64,000 nucleotides of DNA, from the NCBI GenBank assembly GCA_000431795.1, contig FR887359.1:9551-73550 (forward strand), given 5' to 3'. Below are positions 38,813 through 48,658 of this stretch, piece after piece (the first letter of the stretch is position 1; the number at the start of each line of letters is the position of its first letter). The notes below the pieces were generated by a model. It did no database searches. It had not been told where the DNA came from and was given only the letters and a program-made list of their open reading frames with translations. A program made the translations under genes and the position numbers. Source of the DNA: Clostridium sp. CAG:302 (GTDB taxonomy: Bacteria; Bacillota_I; Bacilli_A; RF39; UBA660).

Positions 38813-40983
38813 ATGAAAGAACTATTAAGTCCCGCGGGAAATATGGAATGCCTAAAAGCAGCAATTCATAATGGCGCAGATGCCATCTATCTAGGAGGTA
38901 AATCCTTTGGAGCACGTGCCTTCGCTGGTAATTTTACTAATGAAGAATTGAAAGAAGCCGTTAATTATGCTCACTTATATGGCGTAAAAATATATGTAGC
39001 GGCCAATACCATTATCTACAATAATGAAATAAAAGACTTCTTAGAATATATAAATATCTATATCAAATAGGTGTGGATGCTTTAATAATGCAAGATATAG
39101 GTATGATATCATTAGTAAGAAAAATATTTCTTGATATAGAAGTTCATGCTTCAACACAGTGTCATAATCACAATAGCGAAGGTATCAAATTATTAAAATC
39201 ACTTGGAGTAACAAGAGTAGTACTTGATAGAGAAATGTCATTAAAAGAAATAGAGAACATTAATATAGATATTGAAAAAGAAGTCTTTATACATGGAGCT
39301 CTATGTAATTCATATTCTGGTTGCTGTCTATTTAGTTTTATGAATGGTGGAAGAAGTGGTAACAGAGGAGAATGTACACAAGTTTGTAGACTACCATTTA
39401 AATTAATAAAAAATGGTAAATACATAGATACTCCAAATAAATATTTACTTAGTACCAAAGAATTAAATACCATTAATAATTTTGATAAATTACTAGACTC
39501 AGATATTGTAAGTTTCAAAATAGAAGGAAGAATGAAGTCACCAAGTTATGTTGGTTATGTAACAAGACTATATCGAAAACTAATAGATAATCATACTAAC
39601 AAAGTAACTAGCGAAGAAGAAAATAATCTAAAAATACTATTTAACAGGGACTTCACCAGTGGTTATTTATTTAATGATAAAGTAATGAACACAAGTACTT
39701 CCAATCATCAAGGATTAGAAATAGGAAGAGTACTCGAAGTAACCCCTAAAAAAATAAAAATTAAATTAACAAATAATCTATATCAAGAAGATGGCATCAG
39801 ATTCAAAAACAGTAACCTAGGTATGATAGCTAACTTCATATATAACGAAAAAGATTTACTCATAAATACTGCTAATAAAGGAGATATAATCTATCTAGAT
39901 AATAAAATAAATTTAAAAGAAAAAGATATACTTATTAAAACTTCCAGTGGGCATCTAGATGAAGAAATCCTATCTACTAGTGAAAAGAAAATAATTATAA
40001 CTATTGATGTATTGCAAATAAATGATTATTTAGAAATAACATTCAAAGATAATAATGGTAATAAAGTTAGTGATAGAGTAAAAACAGAAGTACCACAAAA
40101 AAGACCTACAACTAATGAAGAAATAAAAGAAAAACTAACTAAATTAGGAAATACTCCATTTATATGTAGTAAAATAAATATAAATATAAATAAAGATATC
40201 TTTGTTAATATGAAAGATTTAAATAACATAAGAAGATTACTTATAAATAACCTAACAGAAGCAAGAACCAGTATTAAGAGAGACCTTATCGTTAATGAAT
40301 ATCCATTAGATTATAATGAAGAAACAAACTACTATACTGAAATATCTGTTCTTGCCCGAAATAAAGACCAAGTAGAAGCCTCTCTTGCCATGAATGTTGA
40401 TAGAATATATCTGGATAGTGATTTATATGAAGAATATAAAGGTAACAGCAAAGTATATTTAAGACTAGAAAGAGTAAATAGTACCTATCCTTGTACCACC
40501 AGTAACATACTTGCCACTGAATTGGGAGCTATAAATAAGTATAAAAATAGTAATCTAATTAGTGACTACTACCTAAATGTAGTAAATAACTATAGTATCA
40601 AGTTCCTTCTTGATAATGGTGTTAAAAGAGTAACATTATCCCCAGAAATAAATTATAACTATCTAGATGATTACATCAAAGATAAAGTAGAAATTATTAT
40701 CTATGGTACCATTGAAAATATGCTTACCAAGTCCTGCCCAATCAAAGAACTAAAGATGTGTCCGTGTAAGAAAGAAGATATTTATTTTCTAGAGGACATA
40801 AATAAAAATAGATATAGAATTCTTCATAACAATTGTCTAACTCATATTATGCACTATAAAAAAATAAATTATATAGACAATATAGAATATTACAAAAATA
40901 TTGGTATTAGATCATTTAGACTAGAATTACTTGATGAAACTTATGATGAAGTAATTAAATTAATTAATGAAATAAAGAAATAA
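38813..40983 (+). pseudogene. U32-family (collagenase-like / RlhA-TrhP-type) protein, long fused form, interrupted by a -1 frame change after codon 85
   Basis: ORF 38813-39070 (ELLSPAGNMECLKAAIHNGADAIYLGG) and ORF 39073-40983 (VDALIMQDIG...EGRMKS...) are consecutive parts of one U32 protein. Adding one A to the AAA run at 39052-39054 gives a continuous ...DFLEYIKYLYQIGVDALIMQDIG. Confidence 0.75.
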
Positions 40984-40997
40984 TTATTAATATATAA

Positions 40998-41051
40998 CCT
41001 ATGAAGCCTAAGGTCTTCATAGGAACCATAGAGCTTATAATCTCTATGGTT
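40998..41051 (+). repeat. Tandem-hairpin intergenic repeat, copy 7, with extra hairpins at 41090-41143
   Basis: CCTATGAAG-CCTAAGGT-CTTCATAGG is followed by AACCATAGAG-CTTATAAT-CTCTATGGTT. Further on lies CTTTAGGGAG-TCTATAGC-CTCCCTAAAG. Confidence 0.8.
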
Positions 41052-41163
41052 AAAATATTGTTTTATATAGTAAACTACCAAAAAATATTCTTTAGGGAGT
41101 CTATAGCCTCCCTAAAGCCTCTTAAAACTATAGATTTAAAAGGAAAAAATAACACAATACCAG

Positions 41164-41192
41164 TTGACAAATCAAATATTTAGTCATATAAT
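41164..41192 (+). promoter_or_regulatory. Promoter of the thrS T-box leader (TTGACA, 17 nt, TATAAT)
   Basis: The -35 lies at 41164-41169 and the -10 at 41187-41192. Confidence 0.7.
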
Positions 41193-41198
41193 TAATAC

Positions 41199-41400
41199 AT
41201 ATTCAATGCAATGATGAGGACACGATTATATATACTTTATTCATAGAGAGTTAGTGGCTGGTGTAAGCTAATAATAAAAATATATAATTACTACCTCAGA
41301 GTGGAATGCAAACATTTCCGGTTAACAACCGTTATCAAAATTAAGACCAAAGAAGGATGGTACCGAGATCGTATTCTCTCCTTCAGAAGGTCTTTTTTTC
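41199..41400 (+). promoter_or_regulatory. T-box riboswitch leader, threonine specifier
   Basis: It has the GA/K-turn motif CAATGATGAGGA, AGAGAG, distal-loop GGTGTAA, a specifier region ACTACC (Thr codons) at ~41290-41295 and the T-box sequence GGATGGTACCGAG. The terminator pairs AAGACC..GAAGGA with TCCTTC..GGTCTT and ends in T7 (41343-41399). Confidence 0.85.
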
Positions 41401-41420
41401 ATTAAAGGGAGGTTTAAAAA

Positions 41421-41669
41421 ATGAAAAACACTTACATACCTATAGAGGTTAATAAACAAAATAAAGTAAAAACATGGTATTTAGATGTAACAAATCTAGG
41501 ACTTGAAGAACTAATATCATTAAAAAATGAATTAAATGGAGTATCAGTAAGCTGTCTAGATGCCATTATTTACGATAGAACATGTTCATCAGCCTTTATG
41601 CATCAAATACGCAAAGAAAGAAAACAAACAGGTAAAAGAAAAATTCAAAAGAAAATAAGAAGAAGATAA
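41421..41669 (+). CDS. 82-aa protein of unknown function with a strongly basic C-terminal tail, between the T-box and thrS
   Basis: A strong RBS AAAGGGAGG precedes it. The tail is [19 protein letters not shown]. Confidence 0.5.
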   Translation: MKNTYIPIEVNKQNKVKTWYLDVTNLGLEELISLKNELNGVSVSCLDAIIYDRTCSSAFMHQIRKERKQTGKRKIQKKIRRR

Positions 41670-41682
41670 GGAGATAGATAAT

Positions 41683-43437
41683 ATGATAAATATTAAAGAA
41701 AATGAAGATTTAAGTAGATTAAATCACTCTTGTGCTCACTTACTTGCACAAGCTGTAAAACACTTATATCCAAATGCTAAATTTTGGGTAGGACCAGTAA
41801 TTGAAGATGGATTTTATTATGACATTGATTTGGGTGATGAAGTAATAAAAGAAGAGGACTTACCAAAGATTGAAAAGGAAATGAAAAAAATAGCTAAAGA
41901 TGGTAAGAGAATAGTAAGACATGAACTAACTAAAAAAGAAGCTTTAGAAATGTTCCATGATGATCCATATAAAATAGATTTAATTAGCAGAATGGATGAA
42001 AAAGAACAAGTAATATCTTGTTACACTCAAGGAGACTTCACTGATCTTTGCCGTGGACCTCATGTTGATACAGTAAAAGAATTAAAATACTTCAAACTAA
42101 TTAAAGTATCCGGAGCCTATTGGAAGGCTGATTCAAATAACAAAATGCTTCAGAGAATATATGGCGTATGCTTTAGAAATGAAGAAGATTTAAATGACTA
42201 CATTAAGGAACTTGAAGACCGTAAAGCAAGAGACCATAGAAAGATAGGCAAAGACTTAGATATCTTTATGAATCATGATCTAGTAGGTAAGGGAATGCCT
42301 TTATGGTTACCAAATGGTTCAATAGTAAGAAAAGAACTAGAAAACTATATCTATCATAAAGAACAGAAATTAGGTTATTCTCACGTATATACACCTTGTG
42401 TTGGAACAGTAGACTTATATAAAACTTCAGGCCATTGGGATCATTATAAGGAAAATATGTTCCCATCAATGAAAGTAGATGATGAAGAGTTTGTACTAAG
42501 ACCAATGAATTGTCCACATCATATGTTAATCTATGGAAATACTATCCATTCATATCGTGAATTACCAATCAAAATAGGAGAATTTGCTACAGACTTTAGA
42601 TATGAAGCTTCAGGAGCAGTAAAAGGTTTAGAAAGAGTAAGGTGTATGTGTCAAAATGATGCCCATCTATTCGTAAGACCAGATCAAATAAAACAAGAGT
42701 TCAAAGAAGTAGTAAGTCTAATACTAGATGTCTACAAGGACTTTGGTTTAAAAAATTATACTTTCAGATTATCCCTTAGAGATCCTGAAGATAAACATAA
42801 ATACTTTGATGATGATGAGATGTGGAATAATGCTGAAAATGAATTAAGAGAAGTTCTTAATGAGATAGGAGTACCATATCACGAAGCCATTGGAGAGGCA
42901 GCTTTCTACGGGCCTAAATTAGATGTTGAAGTAAAACCAGCAGTAGGACCTGAAGTAACTCTATCAACTTGTCAATTAGATTTCTTATTACCAAGAAGAT
43001 TTAACTTATCATACATAGATAATAATGGTGAAAAGAAAGTACCAGTAGTTCTACATAGAGCTATATTTGGAACATTTGATAGATTCACTGCCTTCATTCT
43101 TGAAGAAACAAAAGGAGCTCTTCCATTATGGTTATCACCAGTACAAATAAATATTATCCCAGTAAATAACGAATATCACCTAGAATACGCTACTAACTTA
43201 TTAAATAAACTAAGAGATAAAGAGTTCCGTGTGGAACTAGATTCTCGTGATGAAAAGATGGGTTATAAAATAAGAGAAGCTCAAACTAAGAAGATACCAT
43301 ACACTCTAGTACTAGGTAATAATGAAAGAGATAATAATACTATAACATATCGTAAATATGGTGAAGAGTCTACTACTACAATGAGTACTGAAGAATTTAT
43401 TACTATGATTGAAGAGCAAATAAAAGAATATAAATAA
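41683..43437 (+). CDS. thrS: Threonine--tRNA ligase (short form lacking the N-terminal TGS domain)
   Basis: It starts at the editing/SAD region ([33 protein letters not shown]). Class II motifs are [16 protein letters not shown] and GPKLD, followed by the anticodon-binding domain. Confidence 0.95.
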   Translation: MINIKENEDLSRLNHSCAHLLAQAVKHLYPNAKFWVGPVIEDGFYYDIDLGDEVIKEEDLPKIEKEMKKIAKDGKRIVRHELTKKEALEMFHDDPYKIDLISRMDEKEQVISCYTQGDFTDLCRGPHVDTVKELKYFKLIKVSGAYWKADSNNKMLQRIYGVCFRNEEDLNDYIKELEDRKARDHRKIGKDLDIFMNHDLVGKGMPLWLPNGSIVRKELENYIYHKEQKLGYSHVYTPCVGTVDLYKTSGHWDHYKENMFPSMKVDDEEFVLRPMNCPHHMLIYGNTIHSYRELPIKIGEFATDFRYEASGAVKGLERVRCMCQNDAHLFVRPDQIKQEFKEVVSLILDVYKDFGLKNYTFRLSLRDPEDKHKYFDDDEMWNNAENELREVLNEIGVPYHEAIGEAAFYGPKLDVEVKPAVGPEVTLSTCQLDFLLPRRFNLSYIDNNGEKKVPVVLHRAIFGTFDRFTAFILEETKGALPLWLSPVQINIIPVNNEYHLEYATNLLNKLRDKEFRVELDSRDEKMGYKIREAQTKKIPYTLVLGNNERDNNTITYRKYGEESTTTMSTEEFITMIEEQIKEYK

Positions 43438-43445
43438 CATAAAAA

Positions 43446-43478
43446 TGTAAAGTATATAACTACTTTACATTTTCTATA
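43446..43478 (+). terminator. Terminator after thrS (TGTAAAGTA/TACTTTACA)
   Basis: A stem plus T-run; it is paralogous to the terminator at 44008-44040. Confidence 0.75.
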
Positions 43479-43492
43479 TAAAAGGAGAACTT

Positions 43493-44005
43493 ATGACAAA
43501 AGAAGAACTATTACAAAAATTAACACTAGTGGCTATGGATCATGCTGATATTACTACTTTGGACAAACCAATTATAGGCACTCATTCCTTAGCCCCTTGT
43601 CTTGGAATACTTCTATATGATGAAAAAAAGAAAATGGCCCTCGTTGCTCATGCCAGATCAGGAAACCCAATTCCTGCTTTAGATGAGTTATTTACCATTA
43701 TCTATAAAAACAGATTATCTAGTACTAAGTTTAAGTATAAAATATTTGATGGTTACTACAAAGAAGAAGCAAAGTTTTATCATACCAAAGAAATAATAAA
43801 GAAACATTTCAAAGAATATATACCCTTTAATGAAGAAGAAATACCAAGTACTGCTCTTCTAAAGAATCCTAACCTTGAAGCCAACGAATTCTATTTTGAT
43901 GCTTCTACGGGTAAGTTTGTAACTAGTGAGGTATTAGCACTTCTACTAGAAGATAGCACCATTACTGAAGAAGAAAATAAACCAAAACATAGAAAAAAAA
44001 TATAA
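43493..44005 (+). CDS. CheD-like (chemoreceptor glutamine deamidase fold) protein
   Basis: THSLAPCLGILLYDEKKKMALVAHA aligns with the CheD core (a)LGSCVgVtLYDpvtKiGGlaH. The Cys and His are spaced 17 residues apart, as in CheD. Confidence 0.55.
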   Translation: MTKEELLQKLTLVAMDHADITTLDKPIIGTHSLAPCLGILLYDEKKKMALVAHARSGNPIPALDELFTIIYKNRLSSTKFKYKIFDGYYKEEAKFYHTKEIIKKHFKEYIPFNEEEIPSTALLKNPNLEANEFYFDASTGKFVTSEVLALLLEDSTITEEENKPKHRKKI

Positions 44006-44007
44006 AA

Positions 44008-44040
44008 TTGTAAAGTATACTAATTACTTTGCATTTTTTC
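44008..44040 (+). terminator. Terminator after the CheD-like gene (TGTAAAGTA/TACTTTGCA)
   Basis: A stem plus T6; it is a near-duplicate of the thrS terminator. Confidence 0.75.
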
Positions 44041-44072
44041 TATCAATTTGTTATAATATAAGTGGAGGTACT

Positions 44073-45164
44073 ATGAAAGAAAAAGCACTTGAAGTATTAA
44101 AAAAATTATCTGAAAACAACTATGAATCCTACCTAGTTGGAGGTTATCCTAGAGATCTAATATTAGGAAGAAAAACTAATGATATAGATATTTGTACAAG
44201 TGCAACTCCTAAAGAAATATTAGAAATATTTGATGATGTTATTGTATCAGATATGCAATATGGATCTGTAGTAATTGTATATAAAGGCTGTAAGTTTGAT
44301 ACCACTACATTTAGAAAAGAAATAAAGTATGAAAGTAATCGAAAGCCAGTAAAAATAAAATACATTAAAGATATCAAAAAAGACCTTTTACGAAGAGACT
44401 TTACTATCAATACTTTATGTATTGATAAAGATGGTAATCTACTAGATATATTAAATATAAGAAGTGATTTAGATAACAAATTACTTAAAACAGTAGGTAA
44501 TCCTAGATATCGTATTAAAGAAGATTCTCTTAGAATACTTAGATGTATAAGATTTGCTACTATCCTAGATTTTGATATAGAAAAGAAGACTAAATACTTC
44601 CTAACTAAATATAGTTATTTATTAAAATCATTATCTATAAATAGAAAGAAAGAAGAACTAGATAAAATATTCTTATCTAAGAATAAAGAAAGAGGAAGAA
44701 GACTACTATTAGAATTAAATCTTACTAATGCTTTAGATTTAGATAAACTAGCTACAATTACTATGTGTACTGATCTTACAGGTATTTGGTGTCAGCTAGA
44801 AGTAGATGATATCTATCCATTTACTAAAGTAGAGAAAGAGCAGATGTCTAAGTTAAGAGAACTATTAAAGTATGATAAAATAGATAACTATCTACTATAT
44901 AAATATGGTTTATATCTATGTACAGTCTATGCCGAAATAAAAGGTATACCAAGAAGAAAAATAAATACTATGTATTCTAAATTACCAATACTTACAAGAA
45001 GAGATATAAATGTAACTGGTGAAGAAATATCTATGATATTAAATAAACCTCCTGGTAAATATATTAAAGATATACTAGATGATATAGAAGTAAATATACT
45101 AAATAGTAGTATTGGTAATGATAAAGAAGAAATAACTAAATATATTAAAGATAAATACTTATAG
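44073..45164 (+). CDS. cca: CCA-adding tRNA nucleotidyltransferase
   Basis: It has YLVGGYPRDLILGRKTNDIDICT and RRDFTINTL. Confidence 0.9.
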   Translation: MKEKALEVLKKLSENNYESYLVGGYPRDLILGRKTNDIDICTSATPKEILEIFDDVIVSDMQYGSVVIVYKGCKFDTTTFRKEIKYESNRKPVKIKYIKDIKKDLLRRDFTINTLCIDKDGNLLDILNIRSDLDNKLLKTVGNPRYRIKEDSLRILRCIRFATILDFDIEKKTKYFLTKYSYLLKSLSINRKKEELDKIFLSKNKERGRRLLLELNLTNALDLDKLATITMCTDLTGIWCQLEVDDIYPFTKVEKEQMSKLRELLKYDKIDNYLLYKYGLYLCTVYAEIKGIPRRKINTMYSKLPILTRRDINVTGEEISMILNKPPGKYIKDILDDIEVNILNSSIGNDKEEITKYIKDKYL

Positions 45165-45189
45165 AAATATAGGTATTTTTTATATATAT

Positions 45190-45248
45190 CCCCTTAAGCC
45201 TGTAGTCTTTCGGGGCAAAAGAAAGCCTTAAGTAAAGTCTTTCTTTTG
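45190..45248 (+). repeat. Tandem-hairpin intergenic repeat, copy 8
   Basis: CCCCTTAAG-CCTGTAGT-CTTTCGGGG (partly degenerate) is followed by CAAAAGAAAG-CCTTAAGTAAAGT-CTTTCTTTTG. Confidence 0.8.
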
Positions 45249-45294
45249 AACATTTTTGGGTACTAAACCAAATAAAAAGTACATAATTATTACT

Positions 45295-45918
45295 ATGAAA
45301 TACCTATATATAATAATATTACTTTTTATAATGACTGGATGCACTTTTTCAAATGATTATAAAGAAGACTATAACATTCTTGAAAATAATTCTATTAGAT
45401 TTATTAAGAGTGATGCTAGTATATCTTTCTTAATAAATAAGGATAATACTTTTTATCTTCTAGTGTTAAATGGAACTACTGTTACTGATACTGACTACCT
45501 AATAAAAATAGATAATACTAAGTATAACATTAACTATACTGAAGAATACCTACTAAAAGATACTTTAGTACTACAAGATATCATATTTAAAATAAATGAT
45601 AAGATAGAAATAATACTAAATAATAAAACATTTTGTATATACCTAGATAGATTAAATAAAGATAATTTTTTAGAATGTGATTTTATATATTTATATGATA
45701 TTGATAAAGACTTCTATATAACAATAGATAGTAACCTTTTAGTACTCTTTTATGATGCTTATACTAAGTTTAATTATAAATTCATGTATGAACTCTCTAA
45801 AGTATGGATAGATTCATATACCATAAGTAATGATAGTTATACAACATTAACTATCTATGAAGATAATTTCTGTGTTTCTTCATATAAAATAAGAGGTAAA
45901 ACTATTCACAAAAAATAA
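45295..45918 (+). CDS. Putative lipoprotein, unknown function
   Basis: It starts MKYLYIIILLFIMTGC, a lipobox-like end. The start is set at ATG 45295, because the TTG at 45256 lies next to the repeat. Confidence 0.5.
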   Translation: MKYLYIIILLFIMTGCTFSNDYKEDYNILENNSIRFIKSDASISFLINKDNTFYLLVLNGTTVTDTDYLIKIDNTKYNINYTEEYLLKDTLVLQDIIFKINDKIEIILNNKTFCIYLDRLNKDNFLECDFIYLYDIDKDFYITIDSNLLVLFYDAYTKFNYKFMYELSKVWIDSYTISNDSYTTLTIYEDNFCVSSYKIRGKTIHKK

Positions 45919-45956
45919 AAAAAATGATACAATCTATTATATGGAGGAGAAGTAGT

Positions 45957-46358
45957 ATGAATAAAAAAGTATTAATAACCATTTTAATAACTATAATTCT
46001 TCTCATATTTAGTATAATTCTATATCCCATAATAAAAAATAACAACTACCAAAAGAAATTACTAAATAATATTTATGAAAATACTGATTTAAAAGATATA
46101 AAATATCTAAATAAAGATAATAATTACTTCATAATAAAAACAAAAGATAAAGTACTAGTTTTAGATTTAAACCATGAAGAAGTATATAGTATAAGTACTA
46201 GTGAAATAAAGAAAAGTAATTTAGATTTATCTTATACAAGAAATAGTTTATACTATAAAGAAAGAATAAGAAAAAATAATAAATTAACATACAAATATTA
46301 TGATATAAAAACAAATGAAGAAGTATTTACTAGTGTACTAGGAGGTTCCAATGAATGA
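45957..46358 (+). CDS. Membrane-anchored protein, unknown function
   Basis: It starts MNKKVLITILITIILLIFSIILYPII behind RBS GGAGGAG. Confidence 0.5.
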   Translation: MNKKVLITILITIILLIFSIILYPIIKNNNYQKKLLNNIYENTDLKDIKYLNKDNNYFIIKTKDKVLVLDLNHEEVYSISTSEIKKSNLDLSYTRNSLYYKERIRKNNKLTYKYYDIKTNEEVFTSVLGGSNE

Positions 46359-46995
46359 GATAGAAAATATATTAAAAGAAAAACCAATTGTATTACCAAG
46401 ATATTTATTTAATTACTATCTTAGACTAGGTATTACTCCTGAAGAATTAATAATTTTAATATTTATTATGGATAAAGGTAATAAAGTAATATATAATCCA
46501 TTAGAATTAAGTGAAGAACTAGGAATGGATAAATTCAAAGTAATGGAACTTTTAAATAGTTTAAATGAAAAAAAGATTATATCTATAACTGTTGAAAAAG
46601 AAAATAATAAGAGTGAAGAATACATATCATTAGAATTACTTTATAAAAAGATAGCCAATATATTAATAGATAAAAAAGAAGATAAGACACTAGATAATAG
46701 TGATATATTCTCTATATTTGAAAAAGAGTTTGGTAGAACAATATCCTCAATGGAATGTCAAATAATTAAAGGTTGGATAGATGATGGTTTTTCTCATGAA
46801 CTAATAATGGAAGCTCTAAAAGAGGCTATATATAATGGTGTAACAAGTCTTAGATATATTGAAAAGATATTATATGAATGGCGTAAAAAAGGATATAAGA
46901 ATAAAAAAGATATACAAGAAGCTAAAGAAAAGTACCATGAAAGTAAAAAAGAAACTAAAGACTATTTCTTTTATGATTGGATAAATGATGATTAA
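46351..46995 (+). CDS. dnaD: DnaD-domain replication initiation / membrane attachment protein
   Basis: An N-terminal wHTH-like region precedes the C-terminal DnaD/DnaB_2 domain (FEKEFGRTISSMECQIIKGWIDD...RYIEKILYEWRKKG). It is followed by nth as in Bacillus. Confidence 0.7.
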   Translation: MNEIENILKEKPIVLPRYLFNYYLRLGITPEELIILIFIMDKGNKVIYNPLELSEELGMDKFKVMELLNSLNEKKIISITVEKENNKSEEYISLELLYKKIANILIDKKEDKTLDNSDIFSIFEKEFGRTISSMECQIIKGWIDDGFSHELIMEALKEAIYNGVTSLRYIEKILYEWRKKGYKNKKDIQEAKEKYHESKKETKDYFFYDWINDD

Positions 46996-47623
46996 TAAGA
47001 TATTAGATTATTTAGATGAATTATATCCTAATCCCAAGTGTGAACTAGAATATACTAAAGACTATGAATTATTAATAGCTATAGTAATGAGTGCTCAAAC
47101 TACTGATAAAAGAGTTAATATGGTAAATAAAGTTTTATTTAAGAAGTATCAGAGCATTAAAGAGTTATCAGAAGCAAGTCTTGAAGATATAGAAAAAATA
47201 ATTAAACCAATAGGTACTTATAAAAAGAAGGCTGTATTTATTAAAGAAATAGCTACTAAATTAATAAATGATAATATTAAAGTTATTCCAAATGATAGAG
47301 AATATTTAAGCTCTTTTCCTGGAGTGGGTAGAAAAACTATAAATGTCTTTTTATCAGTTATTTATAATGAACCCTTAGTAGCGGTGGATACTCATGTAAA
47401 TAGAGTAAGTAAAAGACTTAAACTAGCTAAAGATGGTGATGATGTTCTTGAGGTAGAAAAGAAACTTATGAAGAAAATACCTAAAGATAAATGGAATAAA
47501 GTTCATCATCAGTTAGTTTTCTTTGGTAGATATAAATGTAAGAGTATCAGTCCTTTATGTACTGATTGCAAATTAAAAGATATATGTAAATATTATTCCG
47601 TTCACTCTAAGCCAAGGTCTTAG
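46985..47623 (+). CDS. nth: Endonuclease III
   Basis: It has the HhH-GPD segment FPGVGRKTINVFL, VDTHVNRV, and the 4Fe-4S cluster CKSISPLCTDCKLKDIC. Confidence 0.92.
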   Translation: MMINKILDYLDELYPNPKCELEYTKDYELLIAIVMSAQTTDKRVNMVNKVLFKKYQSIKELSEASLEDIEKIIKPIGTYKKKAVFIKEIATKLINDNIKVIPNDREYLSSFPGVGRKTINVFLSVIYNEPLVAVDTHVNRVSKRLKLAKDGDDVLEVEKKLMKKIPKDKWNKVHHQLVFFGRYKCKSISPLCTDCKLKDICKYYSVHSKPRS

Positions 47624-47657
47624 AGTGTTATTTATAGCCTGCTTCTCAGTCTATAAA
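47603..47657 (+). repeat. Tandem-hairpin intergenic repeat, copy 9, overlapping the nth 3' end
   Basis: CACTCTAAG-CCAAGGT-CTTAGAGTG is followed by TTTATAG-CCTGCTTCTCAGT-CTATAAA. The nth stop TAG (47621-47623) lies in the 3' arm of hairpin 1. Confidence 0.8.
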
Positions 47658-47720
47658 TAAATATCAGCCATATTCATTATATTCGGGGTGAATACTAAAT
47701 TAAAAAGAAAGGAACAAATT

Positions 47721-48566
47721 ATGGATACTAAGTTAAATGATAAGAAAATAGTAAAATTTAAAAGAATATATATAGAAATAACTAATGTATGTAATTTAAA
47801 TTGTTCTTTTTGTAGTAACTCAAACAAAGTAAAAAGAGAAATGACTCCTGAAGAATTTAAAGAAGTATTAAGTAAAATAAATAACTATACAGATTATATA
47901 TATCTTCATGTAAAGGGAGAACCACTTACTCACCATAACTTAGATAAGATACTAGATATCACTAAAGAATATAATAAAAAAGTATGTATTACTACCAATG
48001 GTGTATTTCTAAAAGATAAATTACCCATATTAAAAAAATATGATAATATCTATCAAATAAATATATCCCTACATAGTGAAAATAATAAAAAAAACTATCT
48101 TGAAGATATAATATCTTCAGTAAATGAATTATCTCCATATATAAGCTACCGCTTTTGGACATTAGATAATAATAAGATGGATAATAAAACCAAAGAATAT
48201 ATTAAAATATTAAAAAAAGTCTATAATAAAGAAGAAATATATGATGGTATAAAACTAAAAGATAAAGTATATTTAAGTTTAGACAATAAATTTACTTGGC
48301 CAAGTATAAATAATAATTATTATAATGAAAAAGGTACTTGTCTAGGAGCTAAAACTCAGTTAGCTATATTATCTGATGGTACAGTTAGTATCTGCTGTCT
48401 AGATAGTGAAGGAGTATCAAATTTAGGTAATATTTATTTAAGTACTATGGAAGATATTCTGGCTAGTGATAAATATCAAAATATTCTAAAAGGTTTTAAT
48501 GATAATAAAGTATATTTAGATATATGTAAACATTGTTCATATAAAGAAAGATTTGATAAAAAATAG
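47721..48566 (+). CDS. Radical SAM protein with a C-terminal SPASM/twitch-like Cys-rich domain
   Basis: It has the CNLNCSFC (CxxxCxxC) motif and C-terminal GTCLGA...SICCLDSEG...DICKHCSY. The start is set at ATG 47721. Confidence 0.75.
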   Translation: MDTKLNDKKIVKFKRIYIEITNVCNLNCSFCSNSNKVKREMTPEEFKEVLSKINNYTDYIYLHVKGEPLTHHNLDKILDITKEYNKKVCITTNGVFLKDKLPILKKYDNIYQINISLHSENNKKNYLEDIISSVNELSPYISYRFWTLDNNKMDNKTKEYIKILKKVYNKEEIYDGIKLKDKVYLSLDNKFTWPSINNNYYNEKGTCLGAKTQLAILSDGTVSICCLDSEGVSNLGNIYLSTMEDILASDKYQNILKGFNDNKVYLDICKHCSYKERFDKK

Positions 48567-48658
48567 TAAGATAAATTTGTAAATAAAAAAGTAAATAGCT
48601 AGTAAAAACTTTTTACTTTTTTTCTTTTGTGATATACTAAGTATAGGTGAGGTACAAT

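Noticed and set aside
41001-41183. A 60-aa ORF between the U32 gene and thrS.
   Set aside because: It is made entirely of repeat hairpins (40998-41143) and the thrS leader promoter. It has no RBS.
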